A DNA stretch of 64,000 nucleotides from Candidatus Bathyarchaeota archaeon. GTDB taxonomy: Archaea > Thermoproteota > Bathyarchaeia > Bathyarchaeales > Bathycorpusculaceae. Positions 9,588 through 19,271 of the stretch are shown one piece after another. The stretch lies in contig OY970280.1 of NCBI GenBank assembly GCA_963715865.1, forward strand, positions 2,080,001 through 2,144,000, read 5' to 3'. The position numbers and the translations under genes are program-made. The number at the start of each line of letters is the position of its first letter. Position 1 is the first letter of the stretch. The notes below the pieces were generated by a model. The model made no database searches, was not told the DNA's origin, and saw nothing but the letters and a program-made list of their open reading frames with translations.

Positions 9588-10724
9588 TTATTCAACAGCC
9601 ACTTTTTGTATGCTTTTGTAGTCGGTTACAACGTTAATTTCATGTGCTTTAAGCTCATTTTCCAGTTCTGTGTCTCCAGTGTCAACCCTTAAACTTTTCA
9701 ACCTGTCCAATTTGCTTTTAGTCGCAATCACAACAATGTTGTCTAAACCTACTTGGCTGATTACTTTGGGGCTTATCTGCTGGTTTCCTCTGCCAAAAAT
9801 GAATCCTTGCCCCCCAATCGGCGTTACAATTATCCATGCGGCTTTTCCACTTATGAAATCTAGTATTTGTTTTTCGTTTACGTCGCTTGCGATTATTTTC
9901 TTGTTCTGGAAAAGATCCACGCCTAAAAGGGTTTTTTTAGCGTCCAAGAGATCACCGATAGTACGGGTGGTTGTTCCTGGACCAATTATGTAAATGATGT
10001 CTGGTTTCATTTCTTCAATAATGTAAATTGCTATTGCTGCTTGGTTGCGAACTTCGCTCTCAGTCATTGGACTTTCAAGCTTATTCCCCTGAATCAAATG
10101 AGGCTCATAAGGGCTCAACATGTACCCGTAGAGTTCAGCGGAAAGGCGACCTTCTCTGAAGGCTTGCTCATCTACATCCATCACCTCCGCTTCTCGCAGG
10201 GGCAATCCGCCCCAAAGATAGCTGATGGCAACTCTTGCGGCAGCTTGAGGGCTCACGGCGAATATGGCGCTGTGCATTTTGACGCCTGTTGGAACACCAA
10301 GCACAGGAACCTTCATGCCAACGGCTTTTAGTATGTCGCGGGTTGTTCCGTCGCCGCCGCAGAAAACAAGCAAATCAACACCAGCCTTCACCACTTCTTT
10401 AGCGATATTTTGCGTGTCTTCGGATGTGGTTTCTTTTTTTCTTTCGCCGATAACTTGGCAGGTGAAGCCGCATTTCTTTGCTTGGTTCTCACCCATGCAG
10501 CCAGCGCCAACAATCAGTTTTAAGCTTTGTTTGGCTGGATAAAGTTCTGAGAGGAAGGTTTCTGCTCTTTGCGATGCTATGGGTTTAGCTCCTAGGGATA
10601 TGGCTTTGTTTAGGATAGTTTTGCCGTCTGTTCCTTTTAATCCGACGGCTCCACCCATTCCAGCAATAGGGTTTACGATGAATCCGATTGTTTTTGTTGG
10701 CAGAGTTTTTTCAGGAACATTCAT
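9588..10724 (-). CDS. ATP-NAD kinase family protein
   Basis: NPIAGMGG, GGDGT, GVPTGVKMHS, GGQGFIFGRGNQQ. Confidence 0.85.
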   Translation of the reverse strand: MNVPEKTLPTKTIGFIVNPIAGMGGAVGLKGTDGKTILNKAISLGAKPIASQRAETFLSELYPAKQSLKLIVGAGCMGENQAKKCGFTCQVIGERKKETTSEDTQNIAKEVVKAGVDLLVFCGGDGTTRDILKAVGMKVPVLGVPTGVKMHSAIFAVSPQAAARVAISYLWGGLPLREAEVMDVDEQAFREGRLSAELYGYMLSPYEPHLIQGNKLESPMTESEVRNQAAIAIYIIEEMKPDIIYIIGPGTTTRTIGDLLDAKKTLLGVDLFQNKKIIASDVNEKQILDFISGKAAWIIVTPIGGQGFIFGRGNQQISPKVISQVGLDNIVVIATKSKLDRLKSLRVDTGDTELENELKAHEINVVTDYKSIQKVAVE

Positions 10725-10791
10725 GCGAAGAACCAAATTTAATATTAGATTAGCTGAGATAAAAAGAAGAATAAAAGAAGGGTATTGGGGT

Positions 10792-12204
10792 TTAGAGTGG
10801 TTCGCAGCTTATGTATTTCTTGTTAACCTCGTCTAGCCACGGATACAGCGTATGAAGTTTCTTCATTGATTCCTCGACTTTCTTAGTTGGGTACTCATAT
10901 GGTTGCAGGTTGCCGCTGAAGTATTCATCGTATGCCGCCATGTCAAAGAAGCCGTGACCACAAAGCAAGAACAGAATGGTTTTTGCTTCGCCAGTTTTTT
11001 TGCATCGGAGGGCTTCGTCGATAGCGCCTTTGATGGCGTGGGCAGGCTCAGGTGCAGGGATGATTCCTTCAGCTTGAATGAATTGTTTGGCTGCGTCGAA
11101 GACTTCGACCTGATTGTAGGCTTCGGTGGTCATCTGTTTCTCCTGTGTTAGGAGGCTTATGGTGGGCGCAATTCCATGGTAGCGGAGTCCTCCAGCGTGG
11201 ATGGGTGCCGGGATGAAGTCATGCCCCAGGGTGTGCATGGGAACCAAGGGTGTTATTCTGGCGGTGTCTCCATGGTCGTATTGGTATTGCCCTTTGGTAA
11301 CTTTGGGACAGGCTGAGGCTTCGGTGGCTACGAACTTTGTTTCTTTTGGTGCCTTTTTGGAGACTTTATCGTAGTAAAATGGCCACATGAGACCACTGTA
11401 GCTGCTTCCTCCGCCTATGCAACCGTACACAACGTCTGGATAGTCATCAACCATTTCTAGTTGTCTCTTTGTTTCTAAGCCTATGACTGTTTGATGTAGC
11501 AGGACGTGGTTGAAGACGCTACCTATGGTATAGTTAGTTTCTTCTTCGTTGACGAGGGCATCTTCGACAGCTTCACTGATAGCTATGCCGAGGCTGCCCT
11601 TGCTATCTGGATCTTCAGCAAGGATTTTTCTTCCCGCTTCTGTTCGGTTACTTGGGCTAGCAAAACATTCTGCGCCGAAAGCGTTCATCATCATTTTGCG
11701 GTAGGGTTTCTGGTCATAGCTTGCACGCACCATGTAAACTGTGGCTTTGAGCCCGAACATCATGGCTGCAAATGCCAAGGCGGAACCCCATTGGCCTGCG
11801 CCTGTTTCTGTTGATAGGCGTTTTGTGCCTTCTTTCATGTTGTAATATGCTTGGGGTACGGCAGTGTTTGGTTTGTGGCTTCCAGCAGGACTTACGCCTT
11901 CGTATTTGTAGTAGATTTTTGCTGGCGTTTTTAGCGCTTTTTCTAGACCGATGGCTCTGAAGAGTGGTGTTGGTCTCCAGATTCGGTATACTTCTCGGAC
12001 TTCTTCAGGTATGTCTATCCATCGTTCTTGGCTTATTTCTTGACCGATAATTGCTTTTGGGAATATTCGTGGGACGATTCCGACCCCTGGCTGTTTTGTT
12101 GCTGCATCTATGAATGGTGGAAGCGGCCTAGGTAAGTCGGGAACTATGTTGTACCATTGTTTTGGTATTTCGTCTTCGTTTAATAGGATTTTTCTAGTTG
12201 GCAT
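10792..12204 (-). CDS. trpB2: TrpB2 (tryptophan synthase beta-like PLP enzyme)
   Basis: [42 protein letters not shown]; no trpA nearby. Confidence 0.93.
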   Translation of the reverse strand: MPTRKILLNEDEIPKQWYNIVPDLPRPLPPFIDAATKQPGVGIVPRIFPKAIIGQEISQERWIDIPEEVREVYRIWRPTPLFRAIGLEKALKTPAKIYYKYEGVSPAGSHKPNTAVPQAYYNMKEGTKRLSTETGAGQWGSALAFAAMMFGLKATVYMVRASYDQKPYRKMMMNAFGAECFASPSNRTEAGRKILAEDPDSKGSLGIAISEAVEDALVNEEETNYTIGSVFNHVLLHQTVIGLETKRQLEMVDDYPDVVYGCIGGGSSYSGLMWPFYYDKVSKKAPKETKFVATEASACPKVTKGQYQYDHGDTARITPLVPMHTLGHDFIPAPIHAGGLRYHGIAPTISLLTQEKQMTTEAYNQVEVFDAAKQFIQAEGIIPAPEPAHAIKGAIDEALRCKKTGEAKTILFLLCGHGFFDMAAYDEYFSGNLQPYEYPTKKVEESMKKLHTLYPWLDEVNKKYISCEPL

Positions 12205-12354
12205 TTTGTTCGCCTTTATGTATTTAGGGTTATGAATCGTACGTTTAAGTTTTATTTAAGGCTTTTGTGTACAGTTTTGTTCATTGAAAAATGCTCAACC
12301 GTTAAACAACACATTTATACCCAAACGAACAAAAACATACACAAGCGAAACAAA

Positions 12355-12858
12355 ATGTGGAACAAAATAAAAACCCAACTGCAAGAATACCCCGAACGAC
12401 TCAAAGTAGCACGCATCCTCATAGAAAACGGACTTAGCGTCCAAGACAACAAAATATACCTAAACCAAATTGAAATCCTGCCAGTACGCATAGCAAGAGT
12501 CGCCGGAGTAGACCGACGAACAGTAAACGAAACATTAAACATCATCAAAGCGAGCCCTGAACTCAAATTAATTTTTGAAGAAATACGTCCAGCAGGACAT
12601 TCACTAAAAGAAATCGCTAAACACATCAATCTGGGAGTCCTAGAAATAACCCCTGTAAACGCAAAATCGCCCGGAATCTTATCCAACGCAGCTATGATTC
12701 TCAACAGGGCAGGATTAAGCATCAGGCAAGCAATCGTAGATGACCCGGAACTCTCACCAGAACCAAAACTTACTTTGATAGTTGAGAAAAAAATCCCAGG
12801 AGAACTAATCCCTGAACTACTGAAAATACCAGGAATAGCCAAAGTTTCAGTCTACTAA
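12355..12858 (+). CDS. ACT-domain regulator of amino-acid metabolism (COG2150-like)
   Basis: IARVAGVDRRTV HTH-like segment plus ACT segment PGILS...IRQAIVDDPEL; divergent from trpB2. Confidence 0.8.
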   Translation: MWNKIKTQLQEYPERLKVARILIENGLSVQDNKIYLNQIEILPVRIARVAGVDRRTVNETLNIIKASPELKLIFEEIRPAGHSLKEIAKHINLGVLEITPVNAKSPGILSNAAMILNRAGLSIRQAIVDDPELSPEPKLTLIVEKKIPGELIPELLKIPGIAKVSVY

Positions 12859-13009
12859 GCCATGGCAAATATGAAACGAAGGAAACCGTAAAAGCAAGTT
12901 AATGATGCAAAAATCGCTTGCCTAAGCTTTATTCATTATGCCTTGCCTAGAAAAACTTATATGGCTAGTAATATTCTGTTGTTGTTCGCATTAAAGGAGA
13001 TTACTTGAT

Positions 13010-14686
13010 TTGTCATCATTTCCAACACAAGCTGGCGGAGTGCCTGTTCTCATATTAAGAGAAGGCTCAAACAGGTCCCGTGGAAGAGAAGCACAACACG
13101 GAAACATAACTGCCGCCAAAGTGGTAGCCGAAAGCGTCCGAAGCGCTTTAGGCCCAAAAGGCATGGATAAAATGTTAGTGGACAACTTCGGAGACGTTAC
13201 AATAACAAGTGACGGGCGCACTATCTTGGATGAGATGGATATTCAGCATCCAGCGGCCAAAATGCTGGTGGAAGTTGCCAAGACACAAGACAATGAAGTT
13301 GGGGACGGAACAACATCTGCGGTTATAATTGCAGGTGAACTTTTGAGCAGAGCAGAAGAGCTGATAGACAAAAACATTCATCCCACAATAATAATTGATG
13401 GCTACAAGATGGCAGCTGAAAAAGCTTTAGAAACCCTTGACAAAATAGCCATGCCAGTAGACTTAAAATCACAGGATTACCTAAAGAAAGCCGCAATAAC
13501 TGCTATGGCAAGCAAATTAGTAGCTGAATATAAAGAATACTTAGCAGACATTGTTGTCAAAGCAATGATGACCGTGGCAGAAAAACAAGATAACACCTAC
13601 AAAGTAGATGTAGAGGACGTAAAAGTTGAAAAGAAAACAGGCGAATCCCTCAGAAATACAAGCCTAATCAACGGCGTAGTTTTAGACAAAGAAATCGTTC
13701 ACTCTGGAATGCCCAAACGAGTAGAAAAAGCAAAAATCGCTTTACTTGACGCTTCACTAGAAAACGAAAAACCAGAGTTAGACGCTAAAATTAACATTGA
13801 AAACCCCGCTCAGATTGAAGCCTTCCTAAAGCAAGAAGAAGCAATGCTAAAGGACATGGCGGATAAAATTGTAGCTTCAGGCGCCAACGTTGTAATATGC
13901 CAAAAAGGCATCGATGACATGGTTCAGCATTTTCTTGCAAGAAGAGGAATAATCGCCATTAGAAGAGCCAAAAAATCAGACATGGAGAAACTCGCAAAAG
14001 CCACGGGCGGAAAAATAGTATCAAGACTAGACGACATTTCGCCTGCTGACATTGGATACGCGGCTTTAGTTGAAGAACGCAGAATCGGCGATGATAAAAT
14101 GACCTTTATCGAAGGTTGCAAAAACCCCAAGGCAGTGACCATCCTAATTAGAGGCGGAACAGAACGCCTGAACGCGGAAGCAGAACGCTCAATCCACGAT
14201 GCACTATGCGTTATTCGAGACTTAATCCTAGAACCTAGAATTGTTGCTGGGGGAAGCGCTCCAGAACTTGAAATGGCAAACGCACTTAAAAAATATGCTG
14301 AAACCTTACCCGGCAGAGAACAGCTTGCAGTAAGAATATTCGCTGAAGCACTAGAATCAATAACAATAACATTATCTGAAAACGCAGGCTTAGACCCCAT
14401 CGACATACTGTCCGATTTAAGGTCTAGACATGAAAAAGGAGAAACATGGGCTGGCATAGAAGTAATAGAAGGCAAAGTGCAAGATATGTCTAAAGTAGGC
14501 GTTTTCGAACCAGTCGCAGTTAAAAAACAGATAATCAAATCAGCAAACGAAGCAGCATCCATGATTCTCAAAATTGACGACATTATTTCCTCTAGCAAAA
14601 TGAAGGCACCTCCAATGCCACCGGGAGGAGGGATGCCAGGCGGAATGGGCGGTATGGGTGGATATCCAGGCGCTGGAGAGTATTAA
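13010..14686 (+). CDS. ths: Thermosome (group II chaperonin) subunit
   Basis: [23 protein letters not shown]; C-terminal GGM repeats. Confidence 0.97.
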   Translation: MSSFPTQAGGVPVLILREGSNRSRGREAQHGNITAAKVVAESVRSALGPKGMDKMLVDNFGDVTITSDGRTILDEMDIQHPAAKMLVEVAKTQDNEVGDGTTSAVIIAGELLSRAEELIDKNIHPTIIIDGYKMAAEKALETLDKIAMPVDLKSQDYLKKAAITAMASKLVAEYKEYLADIVVKAMMTVAEKQDNTYKVDVEDVKVEKKTGESLRNTSLINGVVLDKEIVHSGMPKRVEKAKIALLDASLENEKPELDAKINIENPAQIEAFLKQEEAMLKDMADKIVASGANVVICQKGIDDMVQHFLARRGIIAIRRAKKSDMEKLAKATGGKIVSRLDDISPADIGYAALVEERRIGDDKMTFIEGCKNPKAVTILIRGGTERLNAEAERSIHDALCVIRDLILEPRIVAGGSAPELEMANALKKYAETLPGREQLAVRIFAEALESITITLSENAGLDPIDILSDLRSRHEKGETWAGIEVIEGKVQDMSKVGVFEPVAVKKQIIKSANEAASMILKIDDIISSSKMKAPPMPPGGGMPGGMGGMGGYPGAGEY

Positions 14687-14689
14687 AAT

Positions 14690-14935
14690 ACGTCAGAACA
14701 AAAAATAACTGTAGGACCACCAAAAATTACTCGCTTCGAGAAAGCAAGAATAGTTGGAGCTAGAGCTCTTCAAATCTCGATGGGAGCACCGATTTTGGTG
14801 GATGCTTGTGAAAATACAAACCCGATTGACATAGCTCTAAAAGAACTTGAGGCTGGAATACTACCGATAACTATCAGAAGAACCCTGCCAGATGGAACCT
14901 TCCAAGATATTCCATTAAAATGGCTACTAGCTTAA
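14690..14935 (+). CDS. rpo6: RNA polymerase subunit Rpo6 (RpoK); absent from ORF track, no canonical start codon
   Basis: Manual translation: (T)[33 protein letters not shown]...[23 protein letters not shown]; in frame immediately after thermosome TAA. Confidence 0.9.
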   Translation, partial: TSEQKITVGPPKITRFEKARIVGARALQISMGAPILVDACENTNPIDIALKELEAGILPITIRRTLPDGTFQDIPLKWLLA

Positions 14936-15420
14936 CCACGCATATCTTTTTTTTCCAATTTTGCCTTTGCTTCATTTAGAATGTCGCAGATTTTTTTCCA
15001 GTGCGCTCCTTGCCAATAGACTTGCCCGCAATTAGGACACTTCCAAAACTTATCATAATAAATGAATGTGTTTTTCTCTAATTCGCCTGAAAGCAGCTCT
15101 TTTGGCGTTGCCTTAAGTTTAGTGTTGCATATTGGGCAACGGGACTTTTCCATATCTATCGCTAACGTTAAGCCATATCGCTTGCCAAGTTCCGCCAGCC
15201 GTTCAGATTCCTTCTTGCCTTCAAGGTAGAAAGCGTCTACGCCCTTGGCGATGGCGCGTTGGTAGAGCTCCAAATCTTTAGTTAACAAAACGCGGTTTTC
15301 CTTTTTTGCCACTTCAAGAAGTTCAGAATCACTTAGCTGGACGGAGTATATGACGTCTTGTCCTAACATGCGCAGCCAACGTGCAAGTTTTCCCAGCATA
15401 CCATCCGCTAGGAACTTCAC
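14932..15420 (-). CDS. Mut7-C RNase domain protein (DUF82)
   Basis: [38 protein letters not shown]. Confidence 0.92.
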   Translation of the reverse strand: MKFLADGMLGKLARWLRMLGQDVIYSVQLSDSELLEVAKKENRVLLTKDLELYQRAIAKGVDAFYLEGKKESERLAELGKRYGLTLAIDMEKSRCPICNTKLKATPKELLSGELEKNTFIYYDKFWKCPNCGQVYWQGAHWKKICDILNEAKAKLEKKDMRG

Positions 15421-16763
15421 ACATTGCCTCTCCGAACAATTGAGCCACTACCTGCTTTAGCAACTATTTCCCCCTCATCAAAAACTAACAATCCGTTAAC
15501 GAAGGTTTTTACTGGTTTACCCTGAACGTCCCACCCATCGTAGGGCGAATATTTTGCTTTAGACTTGAATTTTGAGGCATCAATTTTGAATTTACGGTTA
15601 AAATCTACCACCGTTAAATCTGCATTTTTCCCTTGTTCCAAACGACCGCGATCATTCAAACCGTAAATTTCTGATGGTTTCTTTGCGAGAAGTTGAACCG
15701 CTTGGGCTAAGGATAACCGATTCTTCTTTACAAGTGTCAAAATAAGTGGCAAAGTAGTTTCTAAACCTGGCACGCCGACTTTAACATCCCAAACGCTGCT
15801 TGCAGACTTCTCACTCAAAGCATGCGGTGCATGGTCTGAGCCTAAAGCATCAACCCAACCCGCTTCCAAGCCTTTCCATAATGCTTCAATGTGATTTTTG
15901 TTGCGAAGCGGGGGCGTCATAATCAGCATTTGCCCATAACGGTTTAAATCATCACTTGCCAGCAGTAGATGGTTAGGGGTAACTTCGCATGTTACTTTTC
16001 CGCCTGATTTTTTAGCGTCCACAATGGCGTTTAAGCCCTCTTCAGTTGAGACATGGCAAAAATGCAATCGCACACCAGTCGGCGCACTTATTTTTAGTAG
16101 GCGTTCGATGGCTTTTAGTTCAACTGTCTCCGAATGCACCTTTAGAAAAGCGGCAGTGTTACTTTTTTTGGCTTGTTTTAGTTTTTCCTCGTTGGTTGTA
16201 AGCAAAGCCTTGTCTTCGGCGTGCACCGCCACTGGCACATTCAACTCGGCGACTTCTTTGAACGCATCCTGCAAGGCTTGGTCATCATCAACGTTTAATC
16301 CGCCGATTTGGCAACCCATGAAAAGCTTGAACCCTACTGCCCCTTCCGAAACGATGTCTTTTGCTTCAGCCAGTTTTTTGGGAAATTCAGAGTAGAACCC
16401 AACGTTAACAAGGACTTTTCTTTCGGCGATTCTCATGCGGTTCCTTAAAGTTTCCATGCTCATTGTGACTGGCTCGTTGTTAGGCATGTCTAAGACGGTG
16501 GTGAAGCCCCCGGCGGCTGCAGCAGCGGTTCCTGTTTGGAAGTCTTCTTTGTACGCTTTTCCCTCATCCCGCAAGTGAACATGCTCATCTATCAAGCCTG
16601 GTAGCACTAGAAGGTTTTTTAGGTTAGTTTTTTGGTCAGCGTTAGGCATTTGGGTTTCTTTGCCGATTTTGAAGATTTTGCCTTCTTCGATGGCGAGGCT
16701 ACAATCGATGATTTGCCCGTTGAGGTAGGCTTTGGCGTTTGTGAGGACAGAATCAACAATCAA
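15417..16763 (-). CDS. pyrC: Dihydroorotase / cyclic amidohydrolase
   Basis: PGLIDEHVHLR, DMPNN, HAED, HVST, SDHAPH motifs. Confidence 0.9.
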   Translation of the reverse strand: MIVDSVLTNAKAYLNGQIIDCSLAIEEGKIFKIGKETQMPNADQKTNLKNLLVLPGLIDEHVHLRDEGKAYKEDFQTGTAAAAAGGFTTVLDMPNNEPVTMSMETLRNRMRIAERKVLVNVGFYSEFPKKLAEAKDIVSEGAVGFKLFMGCQIGGLNVDDDQALQDAFKEVAELNVPVAVHAEDKALLTTNEEKLKQAKKSNTAAFLKVHSETVELKAIERLLKISAPTGVRLHFCHVSTEEGLNAIVDAKKSGGKVTCEVTPNHLLLASDDLNRYGQMLIMTPPLRNKNHIEALWKGLEAGWVDALGSDHAPHALSEKSASSVWDVKVGVPGLETTLPLILTLVKKNRLSLAQAVQLLAKKPSEIYGLNDRGRLEQGKNADLTVVDFNRKFKIDASKFKSKAKYSPYDGWDVQGKPVKTFVNGLLVFDEGEIVAKAGSGSIVRRGNV

Positions 16764-16960
16764 AGTCAGTTCACGGTCTATAGTGAATAGCGAGTGGTTT
16801 GATTAATTAAAGTTTATCAAGCTATTCGTTTTGATTTCAGTTTAAATTTTTTAATCCAATGAAAAATAAATTGGAAAGCCGGGGTTGATTTGAACCCCTG
16901 CCAGAGTGAGGTATCACCTGAACAACCTTTATTTTTTCCAGTGTGCTCTCCCTGCGCTGA

Positions 16961-17263
16961 TATTAGATTACTATTTTCCCATGACTTTTCTAGTAGCGAT
17001 CTCAATGTCTTTCGCTTTAATGGTTTTTCTTCGGGCATGCATAGCATAATCAAGTGCTTCTTTAGCAATCTTAACGCCAATCTCCTCGAGAACGTTTGCA
17101 AGCTCCTTCGCTGCTGCTTCACTCACCCTGTCTGCTCCAGCTTTCTTACATAATCTATGCATTGGAGCCACAGCTATTACTAATTCGTTCATATCGACTT
17201 CTCCGCAGCCTCTTTTTCTTTTTAAAGCAATATTTAACCTTTGTTATCGCTTTTTCCTCTAAA
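16961..17263 (-). repeat. Histone gene plus promoter, copy 2
   Basis: Reverse complement aligns with 4208-4510. Confidence 0.9.
16971..17192 (-). CDS. Archaeal histone paralog (8 substitutions vs copy 1, including G54R and E61K)
   Basis: 73 aa, 65/73 identical to the 4279-4500 product. Confidence 0.93.
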   Translation of the reverse strand: MNELVIAVAPMHRLCKKAGADRVSEAAAKELANVLEEIGVKIAKEALDYAMHARRKTIKAKDIEIATRKVMGK

Positions 17264-17563
17264 TTAGAAAGCAACATCTTCTTTTTTTGTTTCTAAATTG
17301 ACTCATGTAAGGCTTTTTAGCTCCAAATTACAAGCTATTCGAAATGGAACCATTTAACTGAATAAGAAAGATGCCCTGATTCCCATATTATTTACATTCC
17401 GCTTACGCAATTAATAATTTCTACCTCTGCATCAATTATCATTCACTTCTGAATGGTTTGTCCAAGGCAAGCAATCGAAACCCAGACTCTATTAGAGATT
17501 TCATGGCTTAATTCTTGCGATTTCAATTAAAGAGCCTCAAATACAGCCATTGGCTTTAACAAA

Positions 17564-17572
17564 TTATAAATA
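17564..17572 (+). promoter_or_regulatory. TATA box of the micropeptide transcription unit
   Basis: TTATAAATA preceded by purine-rich AACAAA, ~40 nt upstream of GTG 17611. Confidence 0.5.
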
Positions 17573-17610
17573 CAAATTACTGACATATACAAAATCCCGA
17601 GGTTATATCA

Positions 17611-17667
17611 GTGGCGAAGAAACCAGTTAAGAAAGCAGCGAAGAAAGCTCCGGCAAAGAAAAAGTAA
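17611..17667 (+). CDS. 18-aa Lys/Ala/Pro-rich micropeptide MAKKPVKKAAKKAPAKKK
   Basis: GAGGT SD just upstream, GTG start, TAA stop, upstream TATA, downstream T-tract. Confidence 0.6.
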   Translation: MAKKPVKKAAKKAPAKKK

Positions 17668-17695
17668 AACCTCGGCGTAGGCACATTTACTTCTC

Positions 17696-17703
17696 TTTTT
17701 TTT
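17696..17703 (+). terminator. Oligo-T terminator
   Basis: T8 run within a longer pyrimidine tract, 28 nt after the micropeptide stop. Confidence 0.55.
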
Positions 17704-17838
17704 CTTTTCTAACGAGATCACTAATCAAAATTTTTAAGCTACAAAGCTAACTATTGTGCAGGTTAGCTATAGCTCTCCCCTGCACTGAAAGGCTTTTGCC
17801 ATTTGCCTTCTATTGGCATCTTCAGCCTATGGCTAATT

Positions 17839-18015
17839 ATGCTTGATTTAACTAGACCTTGTGATGCTTGCGGAAAGATGATTGGTGGCGGCTTCAGGTG
17901 TTGTCCTAAATGCCAAATTTACTTCTGCTTTCTATGCTCATATGAACTAATGTGTAGCCAAAAGAAGTCCCCACTGAAGTGCCCTATGTGCGGTGGAAAG
18001 CTTCTATATCCTTAA
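17839..18015 (+). CDS. 58-aa Cys-rich protein with C4C4 RING-like spacing
   Basis: C-x2-C-x10-C-x2-C-x4-C-x2-C-x14-C-x2-C. Confidence 0.65.
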   Translation: MLDLTRPCDACGKMIGGGFRCCPKCQIYFCFLCSYELMCSQKKSPLKCPMCGGKLLYP

Positions 18016-18117
18016 AGCAGTATTTTAGCCTAGTTTTCATTGGTGGGTCGACAAGATTCAAAATGTCAGTAGCAAAAGTGAGATAACCTTAAGAGCTAAA
18101 AATATCGAGTTATTGAT

Positions 18118-19158
18118 ATGCAAGAAAAAGAAGGCTCACGCGAACTTTTTATCTCTTATTCAACTGAAGATAAAGAATCAATTGCTAGACCCGTTGCTAA
18201 CGCATTAGTTAGGCAAGATTTTTCTGTTTGGTTTGATGAGTTTGAACTAAAAATTGGAGATAGCATTCGTGAATCAATCGATAAGGGGCTATCCCAATCT
18301 TCTTATGGCGTTGTGATTTTAAGCCCAAGTTATTTCGAAAGATATTGGACAATGGCTGAATTGAATGCCTTGGCAGCTCGTGAGAGCAATGGTAAGAAAG
18401 TAATCCTTCCTGTTTGGCATAACGTGGATAAAGATTACGTTCTGAAAAAGTCTCCTCTATTAGCAGATAGGTTTGCTGCTCGTTCCTCAGATGGAGTTGA
18501 AAACATAGTGCGAATGATTTCTGCTAAAATTAGGAAGGATGCCCCCGGTACAGTTATGGCTGAAATGGAAGGCATTCTTAGTGCTTTAGAAAATAAAAAA
18601 ATAGAAGAAATGAAGCAAGTAATTTCACAGGAGGATTTCGCCAAATTAAGAAAAGAATATAGAAATGTGCTTTGTGGCATAGGCTTTTTTGATATTAGTC
18701 CTACACCATCCAACATTAACATTTTTAGGTATTTGAGAGAGGCTATCGTTAATCGACCTGAAAACGAAGCTAAGGCGCTTTTTGAAGTTCTCTTAGAGTG
18801 GTATGTTGAAACGACAACCCCTTTTTCGAATGAGATGCTGTTGGAAATCTTTTCGGGTTTGGTTAAATTGCCTTTTGCCAAGGATGCTGTTAGGGAGAAG
18901 AAATTCTCAAAGTTGTTTGTTACCGAATTTGGGAAGAGTCATAATTGGGATAGGGCACTCATAACAACTCAAATTCTAGTTAATATTCAATCATTACTGT
19001 CTAAAAGCGAAAAAGCGAGAATCGTCGAATATATAATCTCTAATGATCAAATATACAGTTCATATGCAGCAAAAGGTTACTTGCAAAAGCTTCTGGATTA
19101 TTTTGAGGGCGATGTTGATCCGGGAAGACTTGATTCAGCAAGGAAATCGCTTGGATAG
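18118..19158 (+). CDS. TIR-domain protein with helical C-terminal region
   Basis: LFISYSTEDK, VWFDEFELKIGDSI, YGVVILSPSYF..YWTMAEL, VILPVWH. Confidence 0.9.
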   Translation: MQEKEGSRELFISYSTEDKESIARPVANALVRQDFSVWFDEFELKIGDSIRESIDKGLSQSSYGVVILSPSYFERYWTMAELNALAARESNGKKVILPVWHNVDKDYVLKKSPLLADRFAARSSDGVENIVRMISAKIRKDAPGTVMAEMEGILSALENKKIEEMKQVISQEDFAKLRKEYRNVLCGIGFFDISPTPSNINIFRYLREAIVNRPENEAKALFEVLLEWYVETTTPFSNEMLLEIFSGLVKLPFAKDAVREKKFSKLFVTEFGKSHNWDRALITTQILVNIQSLLSKSEKARIVEYIISNDQIYSSYAAKGYLQKLLDYFEGDVDPGRLDSARKSLG

Positions 19159-19271
19159 ATACTGTCGGAAAAAGTTTGTGCAATCAAATCTTGATTCAAT
19201 AGCAAAGTTTATTTTTAAAACCGCTGGGGTAGCCATTTGTTAGGAACTTATTGCATCGTTCTTGATTGTTG

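Noticed and set aside
13010-14935. Thermosome-Rpo6 read-through fusion
   Set aside because: The stop is TAA, the thermosome ends with a normal GGM tail, and no recoding signal is visible; separate initiation is more plausible.
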